In this document: in pieces, positions 1 to 11,400 of the stretch
Layout: each line of letters starts with the position of its first letter
How positions within the stretch are numbered: position 1 is the first letter of the stretch
Assembly: GCA_032718475.1 (NCBI GenBank)
Contig: JAUCBJ010007129.1
Location: 1 to 64,000, forward strand
Origin: Nemertoderma westbladi
Taxonomy: Eukaryota; Animalia; Xenacoelomorpha
Length of the DNA: 64,000 nucleotides
Reading direction: 5' to 3'
The notes under the pieces: model-generated
The model's input: only the letters and a program-made list of their open reading frames with translations
Told to the model about the DNA's origin: nothing
The model's database searches: none
Position numbers and translations under genes: made by a program

Positions 1-159
1 TGATCGATGCACAAAATCACCAGTCTTTACCTACGCCAAGCAGCCCGTGTAGTACCGAGGTTAATTTAACTATAGTGGTATGTATAACAAACACAATTAC
101 TGTAGGAACAAACTTGGGGACTTGAATGTTGCGAATAATCGCATAAACTCTGAATAATA

Positions 160-724
160 AATATTACGCTACGCGTACAAACTACTCAAACAAAATACAG
201 ACAGAACACTGACAGACTATTATCAAGCCTAAACAAACTACGGTATATGCAGACTCCGAAATGATTAGGGAGTATGCGCTCTAACCCAGTAGTGCGACTT
301 ATTCTTTAGTTGGGGGTTTACCTTACTGCATTGGCTGCCCCTACTGCCTAATCGTACTTAATCGGACAGATGATCTACACACGAGGCAATCCGTTCAGAC
401 TTAACAACAGCCAGACAACTATCCAGCCTACAAATTATTTAAATAAAATTATACGCTACCCGTACAGACTTACACAAACAAAGTACAGACTAAACGATGG
501 CAGACTACTCTCAAGCCTAAATAAACCACAGGACATGCAGACTCCGAAATGATTAGGGAGTATGCGCTCTAACCCAGTAGTGCGACTTATTCTTTAGTTG
601 GGGGATTACCTTACAGCGTTCGCTGCCCCTACTGCCTAATCGTACTTAATCGGACAGGTGATCTACACACACTGCAATTCGTTCGGACTTAACAGCAATC
701 AGACAACAGCTCAGCCTACAAATT
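160..724. repeat. ~290-bp tandem duplication in the family C leader
   Basis: ATGCAGACTCCGAAATGATTAGGGAGTATGCGCTCTAACCCAGTAG... occurs at ~247 and ~536; the B1 leader has a single copy. Confidence 0.85.
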
Positions 725-1020
725 GTCTGTACAATCTGATCAGGTTTACACGCCTTCTGTTCAATACTGGCCTACAAATAAATAAAACTTGACAGAAATA
801 AGTAAACCATATAAAGGTATAAGGGGTGATCAATCCCTAATCCCTTAAACAGCCTACCGGTATGCAACAATCAAATCGAATAATACTAGTGTACTTATAC
901 TGAAGTACCGGTTAGAACAGTTAGGCCTACTGACCTACAGAGTGTACCGGTTCAGGTTTACCGGTTGACCGATACTTTCAACTTTATTGCTTACTGCAAC
1001 AAAGAAGCTATATCCTTTAA

Positions 1021-2183
1021 TGTTCGCGCTTTCAGACCTTTGGCAGTTTAACCCACCAAATCAAGATGTCTTCTAGATATTAAATCTGTTTTTAGTCTAT
1101 GACAAGTATTTGATTCACTACACTAGTCGAAACCAATCCGTGCGCGACCATTCACCCGCTGGAGATTCCCGGGAGATTGGGTTCGACGGTTTAATTTTAT
1201 TGCTATGTAAGCCTAATGTATTATTCGACTGACAGTATTATATAATCTCTGACAATATTATTCACCTTCGGGAATATTAACAGTTCCTTTAGGACGTGGC
1301 GCTTTATCTATATAAACAGAGTTATGACTCAAACTACTCACAACGATATGGCTCAATTACAATTCACATATATGGCGCATTCTTTAGGAATTGCTTCTTT
1401 AACAGACTCACTCATACACAATGCTGCACAATACTGCACACTAATCTGCCAATCTTCACTGATTTTAGTCACATATAAAAGGAACACAGACTGACTCATG
1501 TAGGGTCTATCAAATAACATTAGATTCACTTCAAACCACTTTAACATAAGTCACAATCGTTTATCTGTAACCCTTCTCTCTTACCTTCGGTATATCAAGA
1601 ATATTGGGTTTCGGGGTGATTTATCGTTATTCCAAATATAATTATTCATCAACCATATTATGAAGAACTGACGGTAAATAGCAGTATAAAACAACAATGA
1701 AAACACTGATTGTTATGAGTTTGCAATGTTTCAGCAGTCAGCATGTATGATCAGTCAGCAGTGATTCCATGAGTCAGGTAGTTAAAGGATATATGCCCTT
1801 TATAATTAAACCTACTAGTGTAAGACTAAAAAACAGTAAAGCACAAAATACTTCCAAGCCGTTCTTTCTTTGGCTCAGGACTGAATGTAAACACTGCACA
1901 TAGGCATTGCGTCATTTCTCGGAAATTTTCTGTACAAGGAGCCACAAAAACGCTCTAATTGGCTGACTGAACTGAGAGACGCCGTAGAACAAAGGAAATC
2001 AACACGTATGAATGTCAGCTGTTAACCGTAGTCATAGTAACTACTGTTCAAGAGTAGCTATCACCCCTTTGCGTCACGAATTGCCATAGAATCATAAAAT
2101 ATGCCTTTCACAGTACACATACGGAGGAAATAGGTCTTAGATCCTCTAAAAACACCGATACAGCAATAATACGGTCTCTTACA
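1021..2183 (-). repeat. LTR of family C (TGTAAGAG...GCGCGAACA on minus strand)
   Basis: The 1021 boundary matches the B LTR boundary. The 2183 boundary is inferred only from a TGTAA start analogous to B's TGTAAAAG. Confidence 0.65.
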
Positions 2184-2339
2184 CTTATTAAATCAACTAC
2201 AGAGTATTTTAATGTAAAAGATAATAAAAATAACGGGGCAATTCAGCAAAGGCTTTTACAATTGGGTCCAGATTGGGTTCAGTACTTAGTTTATGTACTA
2301 CTAGCGGTAAATTTGTTAACACGCCATCTAGCGGCCGAT

Positions 2340-2700
2340 GCTGATATGTTGGGTCTCTGACCTTACCTAATAATTAATTGAGAACCATCCATAGGTTATT
2401 CAAAATCAATGAAGTGGTTCAAAAGTTATTAAGCATAGACGAAGTGATATTTAGTGCCTCCTAGAGGCGGAAAATTTAAATGCACGACGCCAAAATTCTG
2501 AAAACTTTCTAAACTTTTGACATACTACTTGTGTACCACGTTTGGAATAATTTCATCACAAAGATTCGCTGAGTTACTGTAGTAGCATTCAAAGATTAGA
2601 CGGACCGACCGACCAACCGCCTGGCAGACCGACAGATAGAAGCGAGGTTGAGATTGGTACCCGTATTCTAAGCTCGCTCACTTTCGTGGCTCGCCCCACA
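2340..2700 (-). mobile_element. Non-autonomous element with a GACC/GACA microsatellite (DINE-1/HINE-like); a related end lies in the opposite orientation at 5312-5380
   Basis: 2657-2698 (TAAGCTCGCT..TTCGTGGCTCGCCCC) is the reverse complement of 5312-5350 (GGGGCGAGCCACGAAG..AGCGAGCTTA). A tetranucleotide microsatellite is adjacent. The family assignment is tentative. Confidence 0.4.
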
Positions 2701-3159
2701 GTGTTAGTCAATTTAACGGGTGCTTGTCAGTTCTGTCACTGGCCCTGTGTTACCGGATAGAGCCTCTGGTTGTTTTAAAGGCTTCCGAAATAGTGACTCT
2801 AGTATTTTTAAGGCCCTTAAAATAGTCCTTAAAATTACTACTGTAATGTTTTTGTAATAAAGTTCCCTTTCAACCTCCCCTTGCTCGAAGAGCATCCTAA
2901 TGTTGCCATAGATTCATACAGTCTGGCTCCATGTAGTACCGGTAGGGGTATCGATAGACGATAGATATATTGTGTCTGGTAACCCGAACCCTTTCCTAGC
3001 TCCTTACTCTGCCGTTGTTTACACGAACCAAGTCCAAGTTAACTCAAACTCGGTGATTGGTAACCCTAACGCGGTCGATAACCCAAACCCAGTCATCGAA
3101 GACCCTAATCAGGATAAATGCTAACAACCACGAAGCTCATGTCTACTACAATTTGTAGA

Positions 3160-3342
3160 ATTGATAATAAGTGAATTGTTGTGGGGCGAGTGACGCGGTG
3201 AATTAAATATAAATAGGACAATATGATAATGCTCTCCATAGCGAAAAATATCAACCGGCCCTATTGGGGCTCGAACCCGGTACCTAGGTTTCAAACTTCT
3301 GGTTATCATCAGCCGGGTGAGTGTACTGAGCTACGAGGCCGG
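3160..3342 (-). mobile_element. tRNA-derived SINE-like sequence, with a partial second copy at ~3531-3630
   Basis: The minus strand reads GGCCTCGTAGCTCAGT (A box) ... GGGTTCGAGCCCC (B box). The body is duplicated at 3531-3630. Confidence 0.55.
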
Positions 3343-3829
3343 ATGATATTTCGTTATGGAGTGGAAAATCATATTAAGGCTATACAATCACTCAAAGTAA
3401 AGTACAACTTTCGTTATTCCCGTGCTCTGCCAGAAATGGCAACCATGCCTCAAATAATAACTTTTATACAGTGTTGTAGTTGTAGAAACAAACCACTGTA
3501 GCCCCGTATGCCTGGCCCAGGCTGTTAGTTAATGATAATAAGTGAATTGTTGTGGGGCGAGTGACGCGGTCAATTAAATATATAATGTAAATAGGACAAT
3601 ATGATAATGCTCTCCATAGCGAAAAATTCGCAACCATTGAATAATTGAACAATTAAATTGCATAAATTTTTAATTTAAAATACCCTCACACCAATAGAAT
3701 TCCTTTCAAGCAATATTAAAGTAACCTTTCTAGACCAGTTTTTCATGCCAAACGCGAATATGAACTCAATTTTTCCGCACCAATGGTTATAAGAAAGTTA
3801 TAAGAGGTGGGTTTAAGTTATAATTATTT

Positions 3830-3931
3830 AAAGGCGGCACACTGCCGCCCTTATGAGCATGGTCCTGAATTATTTAAAATGAAGAAGGCGGCAGTGTGCC
3901 GCCTCTTTAGTTTTGGTACGCAAAGGGTTAA
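3830..3931. mobile_element. Possible piggyBac-like transposon end
   Basis: Ends in CAAAGGG-TTAA, with subterminal palindromes GGCGGCACACTGCCGCC and GGCGGCAGTGTGCCGCC. No partner end was found. Confidence 0.3.
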
Positions 3932-4017
3932 AAATGTGCCGTTACATATTTGCTGTTTACTAGGTTAGAAAGGGAAGGACATATATTCAATTTACTATAA
4001 TATAGACAGACACCAAC

Positions 4018-4262
4018 CTTGTAAGTTTCCTTCATATGTGGTGAACAACTTCCGGTTTTCCACGCAAAATACCATGGACCACAAACACTGGCCAGTGAGA
4101 AGGAGGTAGTTGAACTCCAAATTGGAAGCTTCTAGGTAACTCAGGAGAATTTCTAGAACACCGTTTTTACCCAATACTATCTTGGCTTCATTACCCAGTG
4201 ATAAACGGAGTATAGTGTCCAAGAGATTTTCAAGAAAATCGTTGGAGGTGATTATTTTAAAT
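4018..4262 (-). CDS. Putative host exon, armadillo-repeat-like protein
   Basis: Open frame LRLSLGNEAKIVLGKNGVLEILLSYL...GQCLWSMVFCVENRK has an ARM-like helical pattern. It is bounded by a TTTAG acceptor (AG at 4263-4264) and an AG/GTTGGT donor (4017). Confidence 0.45.
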
Positions 4263-4374
4263 CTAAATTTAAAATATATATTGAATATTTCTATATGTAT
4301 ATTCGTCATATCCATGTATATTATTAAATTTCTCAAACTATGCCGTATATACTACACTCTGTGGGGCGAACCAC

Positions 4375-5311
4375 AGAGTGCTATGCTACGCATGTCCTTA
4401 GATCATCATAATGATGATGGGGTGATGATAACTCCACCTACTGGCTCCAGAAGTCGAGGAAATCCTGCCAAGTACCTAACTGATCTAGACTTTGCTGATG
4501 ACTTAGGAGTACTCTCAGAATCACTAGAGGGAGCCCAACGGCTCCTCAGCTCATTAGAACATGCTGCTTCTAGTGTTGGTCTTTTTATTAACTCCAGAAA
4601 GACCAAAATTTTGACAGTTAACTTTGAAAGTCCTCAGCAAGTCTCTGATCGGATGAGCATAAGCTCAACAGATGGTATGCTTGAGCATGTGGATGACTTC
4701 TGTTACCTGGGATCATGGATCCGGAAGTCAGGTGAGGACCTTCGAATACGTAAGGGAAAGGCAGGGGCAGCCTTGAATAGGCTTTCCAGGATTTGGAAGT
4801 CACCGAGAATTAATCGGAAACTTAAGGTCCGGTTATTTAGAGCAGCAGTAGTTCCAGTACTCCTCTATGGGAGTCCATGCTGGGCTCTAACTGCTGAGGA
4901 CACCAAATCTCTGGATGGCACATTCACAAGAATGCTACGCCGGGTTCATTGTGTCAAGTACAATGCACACATCTCCAACCAGACACTATATAACATTGGA
5001 GGTGTCTCATTGGTTCCCCCAAGCTTGACACTAGAACAAAATCGCCTCCGCTTTGCAGGACATTGCTTTCGCCGTGAGGACCAGCCAGTGCATAATCTTG
5101 TACTTTGGCAGCCTCATGGAGTGAATAAGCATGGTGGACAGCCCATGACTTTCTTGAGACGCATCTTAAAGGACACTGGCCTTGAAGATGCGGATGATCT
5201 AGCAAATGTCATGGGTGATAGGGAGTTGTGGCGGTACAATTTTGTCGATAAGCCGGCACAGCATTCTTAAAAATGCAGCTGCAATGCAGCATGCCGATCT
5301 TAGTAGTAGTA
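4375..5311 (+). mobile_element. 5'-truncated RTE-clade LINE (RT C-terminal half, within ORF 4182-5270)
   Basis: Motifs DLDFADDL, FCYLGS, PVLLYGS..W and LRFAGHCFRR, plus an (AGT)n tail. Likely TSD GGGGCGA(A/G)CCAC at 4363-4374 and 5312-5323. Confidence 0.85.
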
Positions 5312-5562
5312 GGGGCGAGCCACGAAGCCAGCGAGCTTAACATGCGGGTGCCGTTATTTGAAACGTTGCCTGTCTGTTTGAAGGCTAATATTGGTCAATA
5401 TAATAATGAATGTCAATATTGATAAAACTTAAATCTCTTCTTTTTAAACTTAGTCTAAAATTTTAAATCTAATTTTGCAGAAATTTTTGCACACATTCTC
5501 TGTTTTTGGGATGACGAACTCCCTGCAATACCTCAGAAATCGAGTACAATTAGAATATGCGC

Positions 5563-5777
5563 AGCACGTCTGTCGCAGTACGAGTGTGGCCGTCTGTCGC
5601 AGCACGAGTGTGGCCGTCTGTCGTAGCATGAGTGTGGCCGTCTGTCGCAGCACGAGTGTGGCAGTCTGTCGCAGCACGAGTGTGGCCGTCTGTCGCAGCA
5701 CGAGTGTGGCAGTCTGTCGCAGCACGAGTGTGGCAGTCTGTCGCAGTACGAGTGTGGCCGTCTGTCGCAGCACGAGT
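5563..5777. repeat. 24-bp minisatellite (GTCTGTCGCAGCACGAGTGTGGCC), ~9 copies
   Basis: Direct tandem units with no spacers. Confidence 0.95.
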
Positions 5778-7690
5778 ATAGAATTATATTCCCTAAATGC
5801 CGTGGATTTTCAAAATTTTTATTTTATTCGAATTAACTTTGTAAAGATTGCTTTGAGTTCTCATTAGTATTGGTTCTATCTATTGTGCACCCATCGGTCA
5901 AGTGGTTCAGTAGCTCAGTCGGTAGAGCGTTGGAAATTATATGTGTAGTAGGTATCGAGTTCGAATCCTAATAAGTGCGAATTATTTTTTGTGCAGAATT
6001 TCAACTCATTTAAATTAACCGCTACAAATTAATTGCATTTGTCTGTACCAATAAGGCTGTAGTTATTTGATTGTAACCAATGTCGTGCAAGTTATATATT
6101 AGCTGGACCAATAAGCTATCTTTAAAACCTTGTTAGAACCCATAGAACAATCGAGAATTTTCTCGATTGATTGCAGCACAAATTTAGTATATAAAGGTGC
6201 GATTCGTTCATTAGTTCTCAATCTTATATCTCAATCTTTCTCAGATTATCTTATCAATATTCTGTCGTGCTTAGTTTATTCTCAGATTACATTGTATTAT
6301 AATTGTGTCTTCTGTAATAAAGTCAGAATATTCTCTCAGCTTTTCTGTTTTACTATGAATTCACTACGGTGAACAAACTCAGGGACAGGATGGCCGGCTA
6401 GAGATCGGGCCGCAGCAATGAACGGGAACATCACGGGAATGTAGACGAGAGACAACCCGCAATACCATTTAAAGTTATTCGCCCATCGCCTGAAAGGTTA
6501 GACAGCGTTCGATCCTTGCTACCTAAGTATAAGACCAAAAGATCAAAAGGTAGACGTAGTGACACGCTGCAAGCCTAAAATTACATCATAGGGACTGTAC
6601 TGTCTTGATTCAGGAAAACCCACAGTAGACCTTCACATTCCTACGGGGGGAGGGAGAGAGAGCAGATACTAGTACGCAGATAGGACGTAGGCACACCGGT
6701 ACAAGGCATACACATTGGTTAGGGTGCAGCAAACTGTACGCTTAACTCTTGCTAAGTACAGGTGTGTGTGCGACTATTTGCCGTACAACAGTGTCCATTA
6801 CATCAGAACTTGTAGGCTAGGGGGTTGCTGTGTTTTCACCTGAATTGGGATTGTACCGTTCAGGCGGTAGGGCAGTTTACGCTAGGCGCAAATAAATTGA
6901 GGCTATCAGGGATATACTAACATCTACCGTGTCCCCGCCAACGCCCTAATAGGAAGTTACCCGGACTACCTGGGTGACTAAAATTCTAGATAGGAGCCAG
7001 GATAGCTATTAGTACCTGTACGCCTACAGTAGTAAACTAACACATCTCTTCTTAGTATCAGGGACCTGGTACCTAAAATTGCCGAATTCTGGGCGTAGTA
7101 TTAACCTTATGCCTGAATTTGAGTCCTGGAAATACGCAAGAGGGGAAGGAACCTTACCATTCGTGAGTATTGGACCTACAAGTTACAAAATTAGAATATT
7201 CGTAAAATGCACACCGTACCCAGTAATTATATATGTGAAGGAGCAAAACTGTTTTGACCGTTCAGAATTAACACACGCGCGTTAGAAATTATTTACACCT
7301 CGAAATATATAAAATTAACTTTGTCCGTACTGTGCTTTGCCCGCTAGTTAGACATCTCCAAATCTGCTCTATACCTAGCTAGCGTCCCTTTGCCCAACCA
7401 TATAAATCACACCGCGGCAAAGTATACGAGCCCCTTAGTCCGTCAGTGAGTCAGCCTGATTTTAGGATTCGCTGCGCGGGATTTGTTTTACCGAAGTTTG
7501 TCTGCTCGTAGACTGTTTTCTGCCTCACCGGTTATAAGAGATCGATACTGCAATATATTCGCTTACTTAGGGTTTACTGTTTTGGTGAGGAGGTCGGATT
7601 TATGATTTGATTTACAAACTTTACAGTAGGATATTGCAGGTATTGTTACCGTCTCTTCCGATAGTAGGAATAGGCGTATCTCTTCAATTA
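5777..7690 (+). repeat. 5' LTR of A
   Basis: Matches 26748-28685 from TATAGAATT to CTCTTCAATTA. Contains TATATAAA at ~6188 and AATAAA at ~6316. Confidence 0.93.
5904..5990 (+). promoter_or_regulatory. tRNA-like Pol III A/B box unit inside the LTR (second copy at 26874-26960)
   Basis: TAGCTCAGTCGGTAGAGC (A box/D arm), GAGTTCGAATCC (B box), then a T6 run at 5985-5990. The acceptor and anticodon stems do not pair, so this is not a tRNA gene. Confidence 0.75.
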
Positions 7691-8499
7691 GTAGGAATGT
7701 GTTTTACTGAACTCCGGTTCGGTAGGACTAAAGTTTTTTGAAAATTTTGTATTTTGAGGTAAAAATTTATATTTGATTAGCTAAGTGCTAATTTTTTGAA
7801 ATAAAATTTGATTTGAACCGCGTGTAAAATATTTTTGGAATTGAATACCGGTGTTTAAAAAGGGTTTAAATACCATATTGTACCGGTACAAAAATTTTCG
7901 TAAAGTAAAACCTAACTCTTTTGTTTTTCAGGATTCAGAACTCATTTTTAGACTGTAACGGGAGCAAGACCGTGTTTAGCAAGTTTGGGAGATAGATAAC
8001 TCAACAACTTTGGTTGGGAAAATCGCGTTTCGTCCGCAACGTTAAAAACGGAAAGGTTCACGTCCGGTTTGTATCTGGGAATCTGTTTTTCTGGAGAATT
8101 ATTGGAGTGGGTGAGTTCGAAAAGTTGCATAAATAAGTTAGGCATTACCGTATTAGTTAAAATTATTGTGGGTTCCACTGTCTCAAGTATTTATGCATTC
8201 CGTATGATTTCTTTGTTCATTGCTGAATTAGTCCGTATTATTGTATTTAATTTACCTTTTGATAACGCATATCGTTATCCGATTTATTTGTTATAAAATT
8301 GGCCGCTAGGCTAATTTTATTATATACTTATTCCGTGACATTTATTTGCTGTAAAATTGGCCGTTTAGGCTAATTTTATCCATCTGCTATAAAATCGGCT
8401 GGTAGGCTAATTTTATAAGACTGTAATTAGTACCGTTTTGTATAAATACGGTAAACTCGATACTTTGACACTCACTTTACTTGACTTACAACTACCGAA

Positions 8500-11400
8500 A
8501 TGAGTGACAAACAAGACTATACGAAGAACACACCTACCGACTATGACTCGTGTGACGCGGATAAGTCAGCAGCGGAAGGACAACAGGGGAAGACTCGCGA
8601 GCCTACCGAACCTACACCGTGTGCGTCACCGATACATCCAACGGGAGTACCGGATGCCGTAGTACGAGGCGACGGCAGGACCGAGGACTTTCTAACTGTT
8701 CCGCAACCTAGATATAGGGAAACGGAAATGGTAAGTTCAGCAGGAAGCACAGAAAGTGTGATTAGAAGCGTCGGTGGTTACATGGCGCATATAACCAGGA
8801 GTATTGGGGAAGGCCAACGCATATTAGACGAGTTGACCGCTCCGATGTCTCGATTCGAGTTCTACACCCTCCAGGTTAGAGTACAAAGTAGAGTACACAA
8901 GTCCGTAGATAACCTAATTGGTCTACAAGATCTAGCTAGACAGAGACAGGACATGGATACTCAACTTAGAATCCTCGAGAAACTGATGATCGCTAGAGAG
9001 AAACTGATTCAGTTTAAGTCGACGATTAGACAGATACAACAGGAACAAGCGGACCAGTTGTTAGGTGAGTCAGTTTCGGACGAATTATTACAACCCGAGG
9101 AAGAACAGGAACTGTACCGACTGGATGGACAATTAAAACACCTGACGGACCACTTACGCATGTGCGGGGAAGACGTCGGAGATTGGGAAACCGTGCCGGA
9201 ATATACGAGAGAAACTTCACCCGTACGAATTGAATCGGGAATACTGGACCAATCGTTGGTAAGTATTCGTAGCGAAATCTGCGAGGGAAGTATAGTCACG
9301 TCAGAAGTTGCTCGACAACAGCAAGAATTCTGCCGACAACGACGAGAAATGGAGGAACAAGCTCAACTTCTAGTGATGCAGGCAGCAGTAGAGGAAGAGA
9401 AGCTACGCGTTGCGAATATAGCAAGAATCTCTCATCTACAGGAACAAGCTGAATTAGAAGCAGCTGAAGTGGAAAGATTAGAAGTAGACATTGCCCGACA
9501 AGCGGCAGCGGCAGCGGCCGAGGTAGAACGACAAGCGGCAGCGGCAGCGGCCGAGGTAGAACGACAAGCGGCAGCGGCGGCGGCCGAGTTAGAGCGACAA
9601 AACGCAGCGGCCGAACTGGAGCGACAAACGGCAGCGGCAGCGGCGGAATTAAAACGAGAAAGGTTAGTTTCGGAAGCACGGGCCGAAATGAGAACACGGC
9701 AAATAAAAGCTCAATCTGCTATACGACAAGCAGAGTTCGAGGCGCAACGACAACAAACGGAACAACGAGAGAAGACAGTGAAACTTCATTTCGAACTCGA
9801 GAAGAAGGCGAGAGAATTAGCGAACGCCGAGGAAGATTTGGATCAAAAGGCCCGCGATCGATCGATGAGATCTCGTGACGGACATGATTTGGACCAGTTA
9901 GAGGTAAGACATCGCCAAATTCAGGAACGGAAGAAGGAAGGAAGCGTAGGAGCACCCGGACGGGAACGACAATTAGTAAAAGACGTGTGTCAACGATTCC
10001 CACAGGTAACTCATATGTTTGCACCGGTTACGACTAAGGAACCTGTTTCGATTGCGGGTAGTAGCGATATTTCTCCTATCCATGGTGCGACGGAACACAG
10101 GTTTGTTATTCCGGGCGAGTTTACACCGCCAAGAGCAACGTCGTCGCCTATTCCGAAAGTCAAGGTAAGTAACCCACCGATTACGGATCGTAGTAGTTTA
10201 TTGACCGGACCTGCGCTACTGACGACAAAACAGGTGAGTCCACCGTCGACACCTAAACCCGTTACACACTACGCTTACCCAATGACGTTTCGACCAACAA
10301 GGCCTTTGGATTCAAATGCTGTCATTCGCCCACCGTTCAACCAATTTACATCGCAATCTACGACTTCGAGGAAGACTTGTGAGCCTACCGAACAACGAAA
10401 GCGAGACGATGTTCCGAAACGAACCGTTAGAATTAGTGCGACGCAACGGACGCGAGCACGTCGACCACCATATCCAGATGATAGTAGTACTTCGAGCGAA
10501 TCGGATTACCCGAAACGCGAGGTATTTAGAACGGGGGCGGCCGATGAATATAAACGCGAGCGTTCAGACAACTCTTTTGCAGATAATCCTCCACAGAATA
10601 CACCAACACAGAAGGCGTTACAACCAACGGACGCAATTAGTACACAACAGTTCGCCGACATTCTGCGACCAGTTGTCAATAAGTTGGCTCAGATCGAGGA
10701 GCGTCTGGAGGAAGTTCAAACCGACAGTTCGAGAAATTCCGAATTCGAACACAATAGACACCCGAAGGAACCACAAAGACCGGTACCTTCAAACCCCATA
10801 TCGTATCAGGGAAAAGCGCCAAGAAGGGATATCAACCAGTGTACCAACCAAGGACGCGAAACTCTGAACGTTGCTGAGGAGATAGCAAAATTCGCAGCCA
10901 GACAGGGATTGCCGGTACAACAACCACCGAAGTTTTCCGGTAGCTCAAAACACTGGCATACCTTCGTAGACTATATCGAATCCCAGATCGCCGTGTGCGC
11001 CTTTACATCACGGGAGAAGTTCAATTACTTGCTCCAAACGTTGTCAGGAGAACCTAAACGTTTGGCGGAGACTTTCGTCGGTGTACCGGACGCTTTCGAA
11101 CTAGCGTACGATCGTTTAACTTCGATATACGGAGGTACAGTGAGCATGGCCAGGTCAGTAATAGAGGAACTCTGTAAGGGAGGGGCTATCACTAAACCCG
11201 TCGACTTACTAAAACTAGCTGACGAAATCAAGAACGCTATCACTACCTTAAGATCAATTGGACAACTTGATTACGGGAATACCCCTACAGTCCTATTAAA
11301 GATAATAGGACGACTCCACCATCGACTTCGTCGGGAGTGGAGGAAGGTCGAATACCAGCGAGAGGAGCGGGGAGGATTCTTAAAATTAGAAGATGTGTAC

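Larger units (their letters stand above)
1..2183 (-). mobile_element. BEL/Pao family C: 5' LTR plus leader, continuing off the left edge of the window
   Basis: 1-1020 is homologous to the B1 leader at ~40440-41200 (e.g. AAAATCACCAGTCTTTACCTACGCCAAGCAGCCC). From 1021 onward it is homologous to the B LTR end (TGTTCGCGCTTT.AGACCTT). Confidence 0.8.

Noticed and set aside
4182-4374. TM-containing N-terminus fused to RT
   Set aside because: This is chance open AT-rich flank upstream of the 5'-truncated RTE insertion.
5563-5777. 24-bp repeats as a CRISPR array, or ORFs 5450-5773 and 5475-5867 as genes
   Set aside because: There are no unique spacers or cas genes and the context is eukaryotic; the ORFs are translated minisatellite.
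5904-5978. Functional tRNA gene in the LTR
   Set aside because: Only the A and B boxes are conserved; the acceptor and anticodon stems do not pair.
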